This document shows positions 22,380 through 31,837 of a DNA stretch of 64,000 bases, piece after piece. Made by a program: the position numbers and the translations under genes. The stretch is taken from assembly GCA_045863235.1 (NCBI GenBank), contig BTUM01000001.1, forward strand, positions 64,001 through 128,000, read 5' to 3'. Under the pieces are notes generated by a model. That model saw nothing but the letters and a program-made list of their open reading frames with translations, ran no database searches and was not told the origin of the DNA. Numbering within the stretch: the stretch's first letter is position 1; each line of letters starts with the position of its first letter. Source of the DNA: Candidatus Xenobia bacterium (GTDB lineage: Bacteria > Vulcanimicrobiota > Xenobia > Xenobiales > QWHO01).

Positions 22380-22901
22380 TCAACCTTCGGAGGAGGCGGC
22401 CGGAACCTCTTCTGCCGGCGTGGTTTCCCCGGCAGGTGGCTCCGCCACCGGGACATCCTTCAGGTTGTCGCGCAGGTTCTCGAGCAGGGCCTTGCGATCT
22501 TCGATATCGCGCGGATAGATCACGACGGAGGAGCGGATGCGGCCAGGGAACTGCTCGCCGGTATTGGGCTCGGTGAAACTCAGGCGGGCGAAGGCTTCGG
22601 CGATCTTGCCGGAGGCCACGCGTGCCCCTTCGTCAGAGGTCTCGGGTAGCACGTAGAGGAGCTGTTGGCCCCAGCGGACTCCCACGTCGACCTGGCGAGT
22701 GGTTTTGGCCGAGAGTCGGGCCAGTGCTTTGAGCACGACGTAGAGCATGTCGGGCTTGAGTTTCTCGGGGATAATCGGCTCGAGCAACAGCAGGGAAAGG
22801 TCGCGGCCGAAGCGCCGCGCCCGGGACATCTCGTCTTCCAGACCCTCCTCGAGATACTCCTCATGGAGCAGGTTGGTCAGGTTATCTCGCCGACTCGGCA
22901 C
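22380..22901 (-). CDS. Stand-alone degenerate GGDEF-domain protein
   Basis: D.LT.L...EMSRARR..RDLSLLLL fold signature; RQVD followed by GQQLL instead of GGDEF. Confidence 0.8.
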   Translation of the reverse strand: MPSRRDNLTNLLHEEYLEEGLEDEMSRARRFGRDLSLLLLEPIIPEKLKPDMLYVVLKALARLSAKTTRQVDVGVRWGQQLLYVLPETSDEGARVASGKIAEAFARLSFTEPNTGEQFPGRIRSSVVIYPRDIEDRKALLENLRDNLKDVPVAEPPAGETTPAEEVPAASSEG

Positions 22902-22930
22902 GCTCTAACTCCCCTCCACCCGATTTCGGC

Positions 22931-25900
22931 TCAGCAGACCCAGAGGGCCTCTTCCCCGAGCAGCGAGTGGACCTCACGTTCCAGCCCCGTCCCCTCGCTG
23001 GCTGTGAAGGGTGCCGAGAGCATCATGACGGTCTCTCCCTGCGGGCTCGTCAAATGCAAATAGACTTCTCGATCCCCGCGATTGCGCTGAATAATGTCTC
23101 GCAGTCGCGGGAGCGAATCGCTCTGGAACATCTGCACACGAATGTGGATTCCCGTTCGACTCTCAGTCGATTGGGACCCATTCCGCTTTGCGTCAGCCCC
23201 TGCGAGGCGCTCCAGGCAAAGGATCGACTCGGCCTGGACCTTCACCTCCTCGCCAGGATTCTCCTCCTCTTCGCTATCCTGGCGCCGCTGGCGGGTCTCG
23301 GTTGTGCCCTCCACGAGCAGCATGGCACCGTCCTGCAAAAGGACGCCAAATTTCTCGTAGGCTTGAGGTCGGAGGCTGACCTCGATCGAGCCCGTAAAGT
23401 CCTCCAGTTGCACGAAGGCCATGGTGGTCTTGAAGCGGGTGACGATCTTGCGCACCGAGGTAACCAGCCCACCGATCTTGATCTTGGTACCGGTCTCCAC
23501 CGAGCCCAACTCGGCGATCACGTGGCTGGCTCGCGTCTTGAGAACGTCCCTGACCTCACTTAGGGGGTTGTCTGACAGGTAAACCCCCAGCATCTCCTTC
23601 TCCCAGCTGAGCAGGGTCTTTTTGTCCACCTCGGGGCACTTCTTGGGTCCCATCTGGGCGAAACTGACCTTGCTTTCACCGATGGCGTCGAACAAACCGA
23701 ACTGTCCGCTGGACTCATCCCTCGCAAGACGCTGGCCATACTCGATGCAGGCGTCCAGGCTGTGAAGCAGGGTGGCCCGCGTCTCACCGAACGAATCCAA
23801 GGCCCCGGCTTTGATCAGGCCCTCCAGGATGCGCTTGTTGCAGACTCGCAAGTCGACCCGCGCACAGATGTCGGCAAGATCCAGGAACTTGCCGTCCTTC
23901 TGGCGCGCCTCCAAAAGGTTCTCCACCGCCCCCTCGCCGACGTTGCGAATGGCTGCCAGGCCCCAGCGGATGCCGGCCGACACCACCGAGAACTCCACCA
24001 TGGACTCGTTGACGTCGGGTGGGAGAACCGAGATTCCGCTCTGCGTGCACTCGGCGATGAAGAAGCTGACTTTCTCGATGCTGGATACGACGCTGGTCAA
24101 GAGAGCGGCCATGTATTCCTGGCGGTAGTTGGCCTTCAGGTAAGCGGTCTGGTAGGTGACCACGGCATAGGCTGCCGAGTGGGATTTGTTGAAACCGTAG
24201 GCGGCGAATTTCTCCATGGTCTCGAAGATGTCGGCCGCGACTTTCTTGTCCACACCCAACCCCACCGCGCCTTCGGTGAAGATCTTTCGGTGTTTCTCCA
24301 TCACGTCGGCCTTCTTCTTGCCCATTGCCTTGCGCAGCCCATCGGCCATCGCCATGGAGTAGCCGGCCAGCACGTTGGCGGTCTGCATGACTTGCTCTTG
24401 GTAGAGGAAGAAGCCGTAAGTCTCCTTGAGGATGTTCTCGAGCCGCTCGTGAGGATAGACGATGGCTCCGCCCTTGCCATGTCGGCGCCGAATGAAGTCG
24501 TCGACCACTCCGCCTTGCAGCGGTCCAGGACGATAGAGGGCCAGGAACGCCACGATGTCGGAGAATTTGTCCGGCTTGAGCTGCTTGAGATAGCGCTTCA
24601 TACCGTCGGACTCGAGCTGGAACACGCCGTTGGTATCGGCCTCCGAGAGAAGCTGATAGGTCTTGCGGCACTTCTCGTCTTCCGGATCGTCGTGGTTCAA
24701 GGCCGTCAGGTCGAGCTTCTCGCCCCGCGAGCGCTCGATGATGCGCAGGCAGTGGTTGATGACGGTCAGATTGCGCAGGCCCAGGAAGTCCATCTTCACC
24801 AGGCCGACCTCGGCCACGTCGTTCATGTCGAACTGGGCCACCACTTCGTCCCCGTTCATCTTTTGCAGGGGAACGATGGTGGATAGTGGCTGGCTCGACA
24901 TCACCACTCCGGCGGCATGAATGCCAGCGTTACGGGCCATTCCCTCCACTTTGAGGGCTTGCTCGATCAGCCGGCGCGCGGTCTGATCCTGATCGTAGAG
25001 AGCCTTGAATTCCGGTGTCTCCAGGGCCATCTTGAGATCGACCCCCGGTCCCGCTGGCACCGTCTTGGCAATCTTGTCCACGTCCGGCAGGGGAACGCCC
25101 ATCACTCGCCCGATGTCGCGAATGGCAGCGCGAGCTTTCATCCGGCCGAAGGTGATGATCTGGGAAACGTACTCGTGGCCGTACTTCTCCCGCACGTAAC
25201 GGATGACTTCCTCGCGTCGCTCCACGCAAAAGTCGGTGTCGATGTCGGGCAGCTCGGTGCGCTCGGGCGAGAGGAATCGCTCGAACAGCAGGGCGTGCTT
25301 GAGCGGGTCAAGCTGGGTGATGCCGGTCAGGTAGGCTACCAGCGAGCCGGCTGCCGAGCCGCGTCCCGGTCCTACGGGAATGCCGTGATCGCGGGCGTAG
25401 CGGATGAAATCCCAGATGATCAAAAAGTAGTCTGGAAAGCCCTTGCCGATGATGACTTCGAGCTCGGTTTCCAGACGTTGCATGTATTCTTCGCCCGGGT
25501 TCTCGGTGCCAAAGCGCCACACGAAGCCTTCGCGGCAGAGCTGTCTCAGCATCTGGTCGCTGGTGACCCCATCGGGGCAGGGAAACTTGGGCAGATAGAC
25601 GGTGGAGAGGTCCATCTCCAGGTTGCAGCGCTCGGCAACCATCAAGGTGTTGCTCAAGGACTCGGGCAGATGACCGAAGCGTTGGGCCATTTCCTCGTAG
25701 CTCTTGAGGTAGAACTCCGGAGCCGCAAAGCGCATGCGGTTGGGATCGTCGAGAGTTTTCCCGGTCTGGATGCAGACCAGGGTATCCTGCACGGAGGCGT
25801 CGTCACGGGTCAGGTAGTGAGCGTCATTGGTGGCCACGAGGGGCAAGTTCATGTCGCGGGCCAGGCGGATCAGCTCGTGATTGGTCTTGTGTTGCTCGTC

Positions 25901-26437
25901 GATGCCGTGGTCCATCAGCTCCACGAAGAGATTCTCGCCAAAAATGTCGCGCAACTCGCCCAGCCGGCCCCGTGCCCCCTTCAGGTCGTCTTCCAGCAGG
26001 GCGGCATTGACCTCGCCCCGCAGGCATCCGGTCAGGGCCACCAGGCCTCTGGCATGCTTCTCCAGGCGGGCCCGATCAACCCGAGGTTTGTAGTAGTAAC
26101 CTTCCAGGTGGCCGGCGCTGACAAGCTGCAGCAGGTTGCGGTAGCCTTCGCGGTCCTGGGCAAGCAGGGTGAAGTGATAAGGGCGGTCATCCTTGCGGGA
26201 CTCCTTATCGAACATGGTGCGCTGTGAGACGTAGACCTCGCAACCGATCAGGGGCTTGATGCCAGCCTTCTTGCAGGCCTTGTAGAACTGCAGCGCACCG
26301 TACATCACGCCATGGTCGGTCATTCCCAGAGCTGGCATGCCCAGCTCAGCAGCTCGGCCCACCAGGTCGGGAATGCGGTTGCAGCCGTCGAGCAGGCTGT
26401 ACTCGGTGTGACAGTGGAGGTGAACAAAGGAACTCAC
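22931..26437 (-). CDS. dnaE: DNA polymerase III subunit alpha
   Basis: PHP domain HLHCHTEYSLLDG, GPGRGSAAGS, PDIDTDF, YGFNKSHS, C-terminal OB fold. Confidence 0.99.
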   Translation of the reverse strand: MSSFVHLHCHTEYSLLDGCNRIPDLVGRAAELGMPALGMTDHGVMYGALQFYKACKKAGIKPLIGCEVYVSQRTMFDKESRKDDRPYHFTLLAQDREGYRNLLQLVSAGHLEGYYYKPRVDRARLEKHARGLVALTGCLRGEVNAALLEDDLKGARGRLGELRDIFGENLFVELMDHGIDEQHKTNHELIRLARDMNLPLVATNDAHYLTRDDASVQDTLVCIQTGKTLDDPNRMRFAAPEFYLKSYEEMAQRFGHLPESLSNTLMVAERCNLEMDLSTVYLPKFPCPDGVTSDQMLRQLCREGFVWRFGTENPGEEYMQRLETELEVIIGKGFPDYFLIIWDFIRYARDHGIPVGPGRGSAAGSLVAYLTGITQLDPLKHALLFERFLSPERTELPDIDTDFCVERREEVIRYVREKYGHEYVSQIITFGRMKARAAIRDIGRVMGVPLPDVDKIAKTVPAGPGVDLKMALETPEFKALYDQDQTARRLIEQALKVEGMARNAGIHAAGVVMSSQPLSTIVPLQKMNGDEVVAQFDMNDVAEVGLVKMDFLGLRNLTVINHCLRIIERSRGEKLDLTALNHDDPEDEKCRKTYQLLSEADTNGVFQLESDGMKRYLKQLKPDKFSDIVAFLALYRPGPLQGGVVDDFIRRRHGKGGAIVYPHERLENILKETYGFFLYQEQVMQTANVLAGYSMAMADGLRKAMGKKKADVMEKHRKIFTEGAVGLGVDKKVAADIFETMEKFAAYGFNKSHSAAYAVVTYQTAYLKANYRQEYMAALLTSVVSSIEKVSFFIAECTQSGISVLPPDVNESMVEFSVVSAGIRWGLAAIRNVGEGAVENLLEARQKDGKFLDLADICARVDLRVCNKRILEGLIKAGALDSFGETRATLLHSLDACIEYGQRLARDESSGQFGLFDAIGESKVSFAQMGPKKCPEVDKKTLLSWEKEMLGVYLSDNPLSEVRDVLKTRASHVIAELGSVETGTKIKIGGLVTSVRKIVTRFKTTMAFVQLEDFTGSIEVSLRPQAYEKFGVLLQDGAMLLVEGTTETRQRRQDSEEEENPGEEVKVQAESILCLERLAGADAKRNGSQSTESRTGIHIRVQMFQSDSLPRLRDIIQRNRGDREVYLHLTSPQGETVMMLSAPFTASEGTGLEREVHSLLGEEALWVC

Positions 26438-26582
26438 GGGCCTACTCCTCGAGGGGGTCTGGAAAAATTTTCCTCAGCCCGGCCTGAACACCTTTCGAAC
26501 GAGCGTGCTGTTGCGCAACGGTAACATTCCATCAACCCCGAGAGGGGGCCTTTCGGTCTATCCTCTCGACCTGGAGGACCCT

Positions 26583-28847
26583 GTGAAAATCGTGCCGCTC
26601 ACGCATCCGGCCCCGATCAGCCAGCCCCTGCGGGCCGGTCCGGCTATCTCCTTGTCCGCCGATTCCTCCTCCACCAGCGGCTTCGACCTGGCCCGCATCC
26701 TGGCCGAGACGGCCCCCAGGGCCGCTTCGTTGGCCTCCAAAATGAAACACGAGTTCGTCGAGGGTGAGGTGCTGGTCAAACTGCACCCGGGTCTATCGGC
26801 TCGAGATCTGGGTGGCTTCGCGGGGGACTACGGGGCCAGCGTGATCAAGCAGTACCGCATTCCCGAGTCCATGAAAGGCAAGATGCAGGGCGAGCTGGTG
26901 CGATTGCAGCTGGCGCCTGGAATGAGCACGGCTCAGGCGCTGGCGGCCATGGAGGCCGACGGTCGCGTCAGCTATGCCGCCTCCAACGATATCGTGACGG
27001 CCACGCCGGAAGAGCCGGTCCCCGAGCGTTCTTGCTGCGCTCCGCCCGAGAGCCAGCCGACCGAGCCGCGTTTGCCCAACGATCTGGATGCACGCCAGTG
27101 GGCCCTCTCCAATACCGGTCAGACGGGCGGTACGGCCGGGGCGGACATCGGCGCTCCCATGGCCTGGGGCATCGCCACGGGCCAGCGCCAGGACGGACCG
27201 ATCATCGCCCTGGTCGATTCGGGCATCGACTACAATCACCCCGATCTCAACGCCAACATGTGGCGCAACCCGGGCGAGACGGCCGATGGACAGGACAATG
27301 ACGGCAACGGGATCGTAGACGACGTGTACGGGGCTTGTTTTCATCCTCATCACGGCGACCCCAAGGATGACAACCGACACGGCACTCACATTGCTGGCAT
27401 CATCGGGGCAGACACCAACAACGGCCAGGGGGTTGCCGGGGTGATGTGGGAAACCCGGCTGATGGCGGTCAAGTTTCTGGAAAAGAGCGGTCGGGGCAAG
27501 ATTTCCGAGGCCATTGAGGGCATCCTCTACGCCACCGAAAAGGGGGCGCGCATCACCACTCAGGCCTGGGGATCCACCGTGCACAATCAGGCGCTCTTCG
27601 AGGTGCTGGGAGCCTCGCCGGCCCTGCATATCTGCGCTGCCGGAAACGACCGCCAGGACAATGATACCTTCCCCATCTACCCGGGCAATTTCGACCTGCC
27701 CAACATGATTACGGTGGCCTCCTCAACTCATGAAGGCAAGCTCTCTCCCTTTAGCAATCGGGGCCAGAAGACCGTGCACCTGGCGGCTCCCGGCCTGGAG
27801 GTCTACAATACCGTCCTGGACGGGGAGTACAAGTCACTCGGTGGCACAGCCGCGGCAGTCGGTCACGTGGCCGGGGTGGCTGGACTGATCGCGAGTCGCT
27901 GGGCCGATTCGAGCAACGACCAGATCAAGACCAGAATTCTGAGCGGGGTTACCCCCCTGCCGGGCAACGAGGCCGACCGGGTGGCCACGGGTGGCATCTT
28001 GAATGCCCACCGCTCGCTGGAAGAGGACAATGTGGCTCCCGGTCAGCCCGCCGGGCTGCGGCTGGAGCAGTTGAGCAACCGGGGCTTCAAGCTGGGCTGG
28101 ACGGCTATGGGCGAGGATGGCTGCGGCGGTGCCCCGGCCACCCGTTACGAGCTGCGCTACTCCGCTTCGCCCATCGAGGAAGAGGGTGGGATCGACTTTG
28201 ACCTGGCCTCTCGCTCGGGAGTTTCGTTGAGCCGTCCCGGAGCGGTGGGGAGCCGCGAGCAGGCCACCGTCACCCTGAGTCCGTCCGGCGCCAATCGCCG
28301 ACTGAACGTGGCCCTGGCTGCAGTGGACAACGTGGGCAATCGCTCCACCCTGGCGCGCACCATTGTGGACGTTCCCGGGGTGCCGGTTGTTTTCGAGGAG
28401 CAGTTCGAAGCAGGCTCACCGGGTTGGATCGCCGAGGGTACCTGGGCCATGACCGAGCTGCCCGGACGGGGCAAGGTTTGGACCGACAGTCCGGGCGGGT
28501 CGTATCAGGACTCGCGCAATGACAGCCTCACATCGCCCTGGATTCCCCTGCGCGGCTGGCGCGACTGCAAGCTCCACTTTGAATCCCGTCACACCATCGA
28601 GAAAGAGCACGACGGCTGCAAGCTGGAGGTTCGTTCCAAGGACGGTTCCTGGGTGGAACTGGCCAACTTCGACGGCCACTCGGACTGGACCAACCGCGAG
28701 TTTGACCTCTCTTTCTTGAACGGCAAGGAGATCCAGGTGCGCTTCCGCTTGCAGACCGACGACTCGCGCACTTCGGACGGTATCTACGTGGACAACTTCG
28801 TAGTCACGGGTCGCAAAACCACCGAGGAGGAGCCGCCCGCTCCCTGA
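26583..28847 (+). CDS. S8 subtilase-family protein with FN3-like and C-terminal beta-sandwich domains; catalytic Ser replaced by Ala
   Basis: VDSGID, HGTHIAG and AAGN present; GTAAAVGHVAG replaces GTSMAxPHVAG. GGAGG RBS before GTG 26583. Confidence 0.88.
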   Translation: MKIVPLTHPAPISQPLRAGPAISLSADSSSTSGFDLARILAETAPRAASLASKMKHEFVEGEVLVKLHPGLSARDLGGFAGDYGASVIKQYRIPESMKGKMQGELVRLQLAPGMSTAQALAAMEADGRVSYAASNDIVTATPEEPVPERSCCAPPESQPTEPRLPNDLDARQWALSNTGQTGGTAGADIGAPMAWGIATGQRQDGPIIALVDSGIDYNHPDLNANMWRNPGETADGQDNDGNGIVDDVYGACFHPHHGDPKDDNRHGTHIAGIIGADTNNGQGVAGVMWETRLMAVKFLEKSGRGKISEAIEGILYATEKGARITTQAWGSTVHNQALFEVLGASPALHICAAGNDRQDNDTFPIYPGNFDLPNMITVASSTHEGKLSPFSNRGQKTVHLAAPGLEVYNTVLDGEYKSLGGTAAAVGHVAGVAGLIASRWADSSNDQIKTRILSGVTPLPGNEADRVATGGILNAHRSLEEDNVAPGQPAGLRLEQLSNRGFKLGWTAMGEDGCGGAPATRYELRYSASPIEEEGGIDFDLASRSGVSLSRPGAVGSREQATVTLSPSGANRRLNVALAAVDNVGNRSTLARTIVDVPGVPVVFEEQFEAGSPGWIAEGTWAMTELPGRGKVWTDSPGGSYQDSRNDSLTSPWIPLRGWRDCKLHFESRHTIEKEHDGCKLEVRSKDGSWVELANFDGHSDWTNREFDLSFLNGKEIQVRFRLQTDDSRTSDGIYVDNFVVTGRKTTEEEPPAP

Positions 28848-29374
28848 TGGCCTGGATCTTTGGTTACGGCTCCATCATCTGGAATCCGGGCTTTCCCTAC
28901 CTGGAGCGCTCGTTGGCCCGGGCCGAGGGCTGGAAGCGTCGTTTCTGGCAGGGCTCGACCGACCACCGCGGCGTGCCCGAGCGGCCCGGTCGGGTGGTGA
29001 CGCTTGTGCGCGACCGGCGCGAAAGTTGCGTGGGGATGGCTTATCGGGTCGATCCAGCCCAGGCGACCATCATCTCCGAGCGGCTCGACTACCGAGAAAA
29101 GGGCGGATACCAACGCCTGGAAGTCCAGCTGCATTTGGCCGACTCGCGCCAGGTCCAGGCTTTGACCTACGTGGCCCGGCCGGGCAATCCAGACTACCTC
29201 GGGGCCGACCGGCCTCAGGTCCTGGCCCGTCAGATCTTGCAAGCGAGCGGGCCATCTGGCCAGAACTGGGATTATTTGCAGCGGCTGGCTCGGGTACTGC
29301 GCGACCTGGGCGTACACGATCCCCACGTTTTCGGACTGGAGAGCCTGTGCCAGCGCTTACTCCGGGGAGGGTAA
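28847..29374 (+). CDS. chaC: ChaC-family gamma-glutamylcyclotransferase
   Basis: WIFGYGSIIW, DHRG.PERPGRVVTL, LDYREKGGY, GPSG.N.DY. Confidence 0.92.
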   Translation: MAWIFGYGSIIWNPGFPYLERSLARAEGWKRRFWQGSTDHRGVPERPGRVVTLVRDRRESCVGMAYRVDPAQATIISERLDYREKGGYQRLEVQLHLADSRQVQALTYVARPGNPDYLGADRPQVLARQILQASGPSGQNWDYLQRLARVLRDLGVHDPHVFGLESLCQRLLRGG

Positions 29375-31543
29375 CCGCAGGTAGGCGCCCTGGCGCAGCT
29401 CGACCAGGTAGACCGGGCGTCGCCCGTCCTGGTGGCCCGGGCTAAACGAGCCCGTCACCCCATGAAAGGTGCGTGTGGCGAGGTCCGCGCGAATACGGGC
29501 TCGGTCCCCTCCGCTCCGCTCCACCGCCTGGATGGTCACGTTGAAGGCATCATAAGCGGCCGCTTCGCGGTGGCCTGGTTTGAAGTTGAAGAGCTTTTGA
29601 AACTCGCTCGAAAAGCGGGTCACTTCGGGCAGGGGCGAGTCGGGGTCGAAAGGAGTGGACATCAAGAGGCCGTCCAGCTCAGGCGTCCAGAGCTCGGCCA
29701 GGGTTGAGTTGTAAGGTGCCACGTGGCAGGCCACCAGCGTCTTGAGCCCGGCCTGGCGAAGCTTGCGCGTGAAGGCCGCTACCAGTGTCGCTCGATAGTC
29801 GGCCAGGAAGATGCAGTCGGCCTGAGAGGCCTTGATGGCTCGGATCTGGCGCGAGAAGTCTGGATCGGCCAGGTTGAAAGTGATGTTCAGCACCACCTTG
29901 CCGCCCTGCCCCTCGAATTGTTGCTGGAACTCCTGGGCCAGGGAGGCGCTCAGCCGACTTTCCTCATCCACCATGATGGCCGCTCGCTTGAGGCCCAGTT
30001 GCACGGATCGGGCTGCCAGAACTTCAATGCGCTTCTTGTGGGTATCCGCCACGGTGAACACGTAAGGGCCGATGCTGGCCACCCGAGGGTCGGAGGCCAG
30101 GGGCGAGACCATGGGAAAGTTGGCCACATTGAGAAAGGGCGCCAGCGCCATGGTGCGCTGACTGTCGAAAGGACCGATTCCGGCCGAGTAGTCGCTTTGC
30201 TGGGAGACCTGCTGGGCTTGTTCCAGGCCCCGATCCACCAGTGATCCGTCGTCCAGGACGTCCAGTACGGCCGGCCGGTCCGGGTGAGCGGCGTTGTAGT
30301 GGCGCTGGGCCAGTAGCAATCCATGCAAGATCTGGTAACCGTCTCGTCCGGCCGAGCCGGTGAGCGAGGTCAACACGGGCAGGCGCAGCACTTTCCGGCC
30401 TCCGGATTGGGCCCGCGCGTTCTCGAGCAGGATACCCAGGGCTGCCTCCTCGGGGTGATTGGTGGCTTCTGAACCGAGAGTCTGCAGAACTTTGTCATAC
30501 TGGCCCTGGTCGTAGAGAGCCTGGCCGGCTTCGCGCAGGGCGGAGGTGGCCATGAACCGCTCGTAGGCGTCGTGGATCTCGGGAGGGGGCTTCTCCTGGC
30601 CCATGCGAGCCATCAACACAAAGAGTCCCGACAACACGGCGATGGTGGCCAGGGCCAGCATTCCGGCCAGCCAGGTTGGCGCCTGGCGCCGTCGCCGCTC
30701 GCGCCGGTCGCGTCGCCGCAGCACGGTTGCACGCGGCTCGATGACTTCCAGAGCTGAGCGCATGGCGGCGATCAGGTCGCCCGTATTGGCGTAGCGGTCC
30801 CTGGGCTCGGGCTCGAGACAGCGGTTCACGATGGCCACGGTAGCCGCGCTCAGGTCGCGTCGGTGCTGGTCGATGCGATTGGTGCCGTAGTTTGGGCTGG
30901 GGTGCTTGCCGGTGAGGGCGAAATAGAGCGTGGCTCCCAGCGAGTAGACGTCCGAGCGGGCATCGGTCTGGTGCAGGTCCTCCCACAGCTCGGGGGGGGC
31001 GTAGCCGGCCGAGCCGGAGGCGTGGGTATCGCGCCTCTTGTCAGGTCGGTAGTAGCGAGCCAATCCGAAGTCAACCAGCTTGACATGGCGCCCCCCGTCG
31101 CAGACGATCACATTCATGGGTTTGAGGTCCCGGTAGATGATGGGGCGCTCCTGCCCGTGCAGGTAGTCAAGCACCAGGGCGATCTCCAGGCCCCAGCGCA
31201 GGGCATCGGCCTCTGATACGGGGCCGTCCTTTTGCACCAGGTGCAATAGCTCGGGACCCTCGACGTACTCCATGACCAGATACTGGCGATCGCCGTCCAC
31301 GAAATAGTCGATCAGCTCGGGGAGCTGGCGGTGGCGCAGAGTGCTGAGCATGGCCGCCTCTTGCTCGAAGCTCTCGCGGGCCTGAGCGGCCAGAGCGGGG
31401 TCAGAGCAGAGCATCTCTTTGAGGGCCCAGCGCTTTCCGGGCAGGCGCAGATCCTCACAGAGGTAGACCACCCCCATCCCGCCCCGCCCCAGGACGCTGA
31501 GGATCTTGTAGCGCTGCTGCAGCAACTGGGGTCTTGTGCTCAA
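29357..31543 (-). CDS. Hanks-type Ser/Thr kinase fused via a TM helix to a LivJ-like periplasmic binding domain
   Basis: GRGGMG, ALKE, YRDLKP.N, DFG, APPE; TM segment; C-terminal type I solute-binding fold ending FHGVTG. Confidence 0.9.
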   Translation of the reverse strand: MSTRPQLLQQRYKILSVLGRGGMGVVYLCEDLRLPGKRWALKEMLCSDPALAAQARESFEQEAAMLSTLRHRQLPELIDYFVDGDRQYLVMEYVEGPELLHLVQKDGPVSEADALRWGLEIALVLDYLHGQERPIIYRDLKPMNVIVCDGGRHVKLVDFGLARYYRPDKRRDTHASGSAGYAPPELWEDLHQTDARSDVYSLGATLYFALTGKHPSPNYGTNRIDQHRRDLSAATVAIVNRCLEPEPRDRYANTGDLIAAMRSALEVIEPRATVLRRRDRRERRRRQAPTWLAGMLALATIAVLSGLFVLMARMGQEKPPPEIHDAYERFMATSALREAGQALYDQGQYDKVLQTLGSEATNHPEEAALGILLENARAQSGGRKVLRLPVLTSLTGSAGRDGYQILHGLLLAQRHYNAAHPDRPAVLDVLDDGSLVDRGLEQAQQVSQQSDYSAGIGPFDSQRTMALAPFLNVANFPMVSPLASDPRVASIGPYVFTVADTHKKRIEVLAARSVQLGLKRAAIMVDEESRLSASLAQEFQQQFEGQGGKVVLNITFNLADPDFSRQIRAIKASQADCIFLADYRATLVAAFTRKLRQAGLKTLVACHVAPYNSTLAELWTPELDGLLMSTPFDPDSPLPEVTRFSSEFQKLFNFKPGHREAAAYDAFNVTIQAVERSGGDRARIRADLATRTFHGVTGSFSPGHQDGRRPVYLVELRQGAYLRLPSPE

Positions 31544-31618
31544 GCTGCTAGGCAGTTTCTGTGAGACCGAGGGGGGGACCTTTCTGCATCCTCGCCCGCC
31601 CGGACCGGCGCGCGACGA

Positions 31619-31837
31619 CTACTTGCGCGGCTGGCAATCGATCACCCGGCAGCCGGTGACCGAGGTCCCGACCAGGCTGTGCACGATCTTTTCTGCAGCT
31701 TCCTGGCCCGCTTGCAGGGCCTGGGCATGATCGCTGGCCTCGACGGTGACCTGGACCAGTGACCTGTCCACTTCCGGCCCGCCGTGGAGCTGGCAGGTGA
31801 CCACCCACTGTCTCTTCTTTGCGAACAGGCTACCCAC
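31619..31837 (-). CDS. Small hypothetical protein (72 aa)
   Basis: Fills the gap between the AAA gene and the kinase; overlaps the AAA stop; protein-like composition. Confidence 0.5.
   Translation of the reverse strand: MGSLFAKKRQWVVTCQLHGGPEVDRSLVQVTVEASDHAQALQAGQEAAEKIVHSLVGTSVTGCRVIDCQPRK

Noticed and set aside
26487..26502. GAAC-containing sequence upstream of dnaE as a LexA (Cheo) box
   Set aside because: Does not fit GAAC-N4-GTTC spacing.
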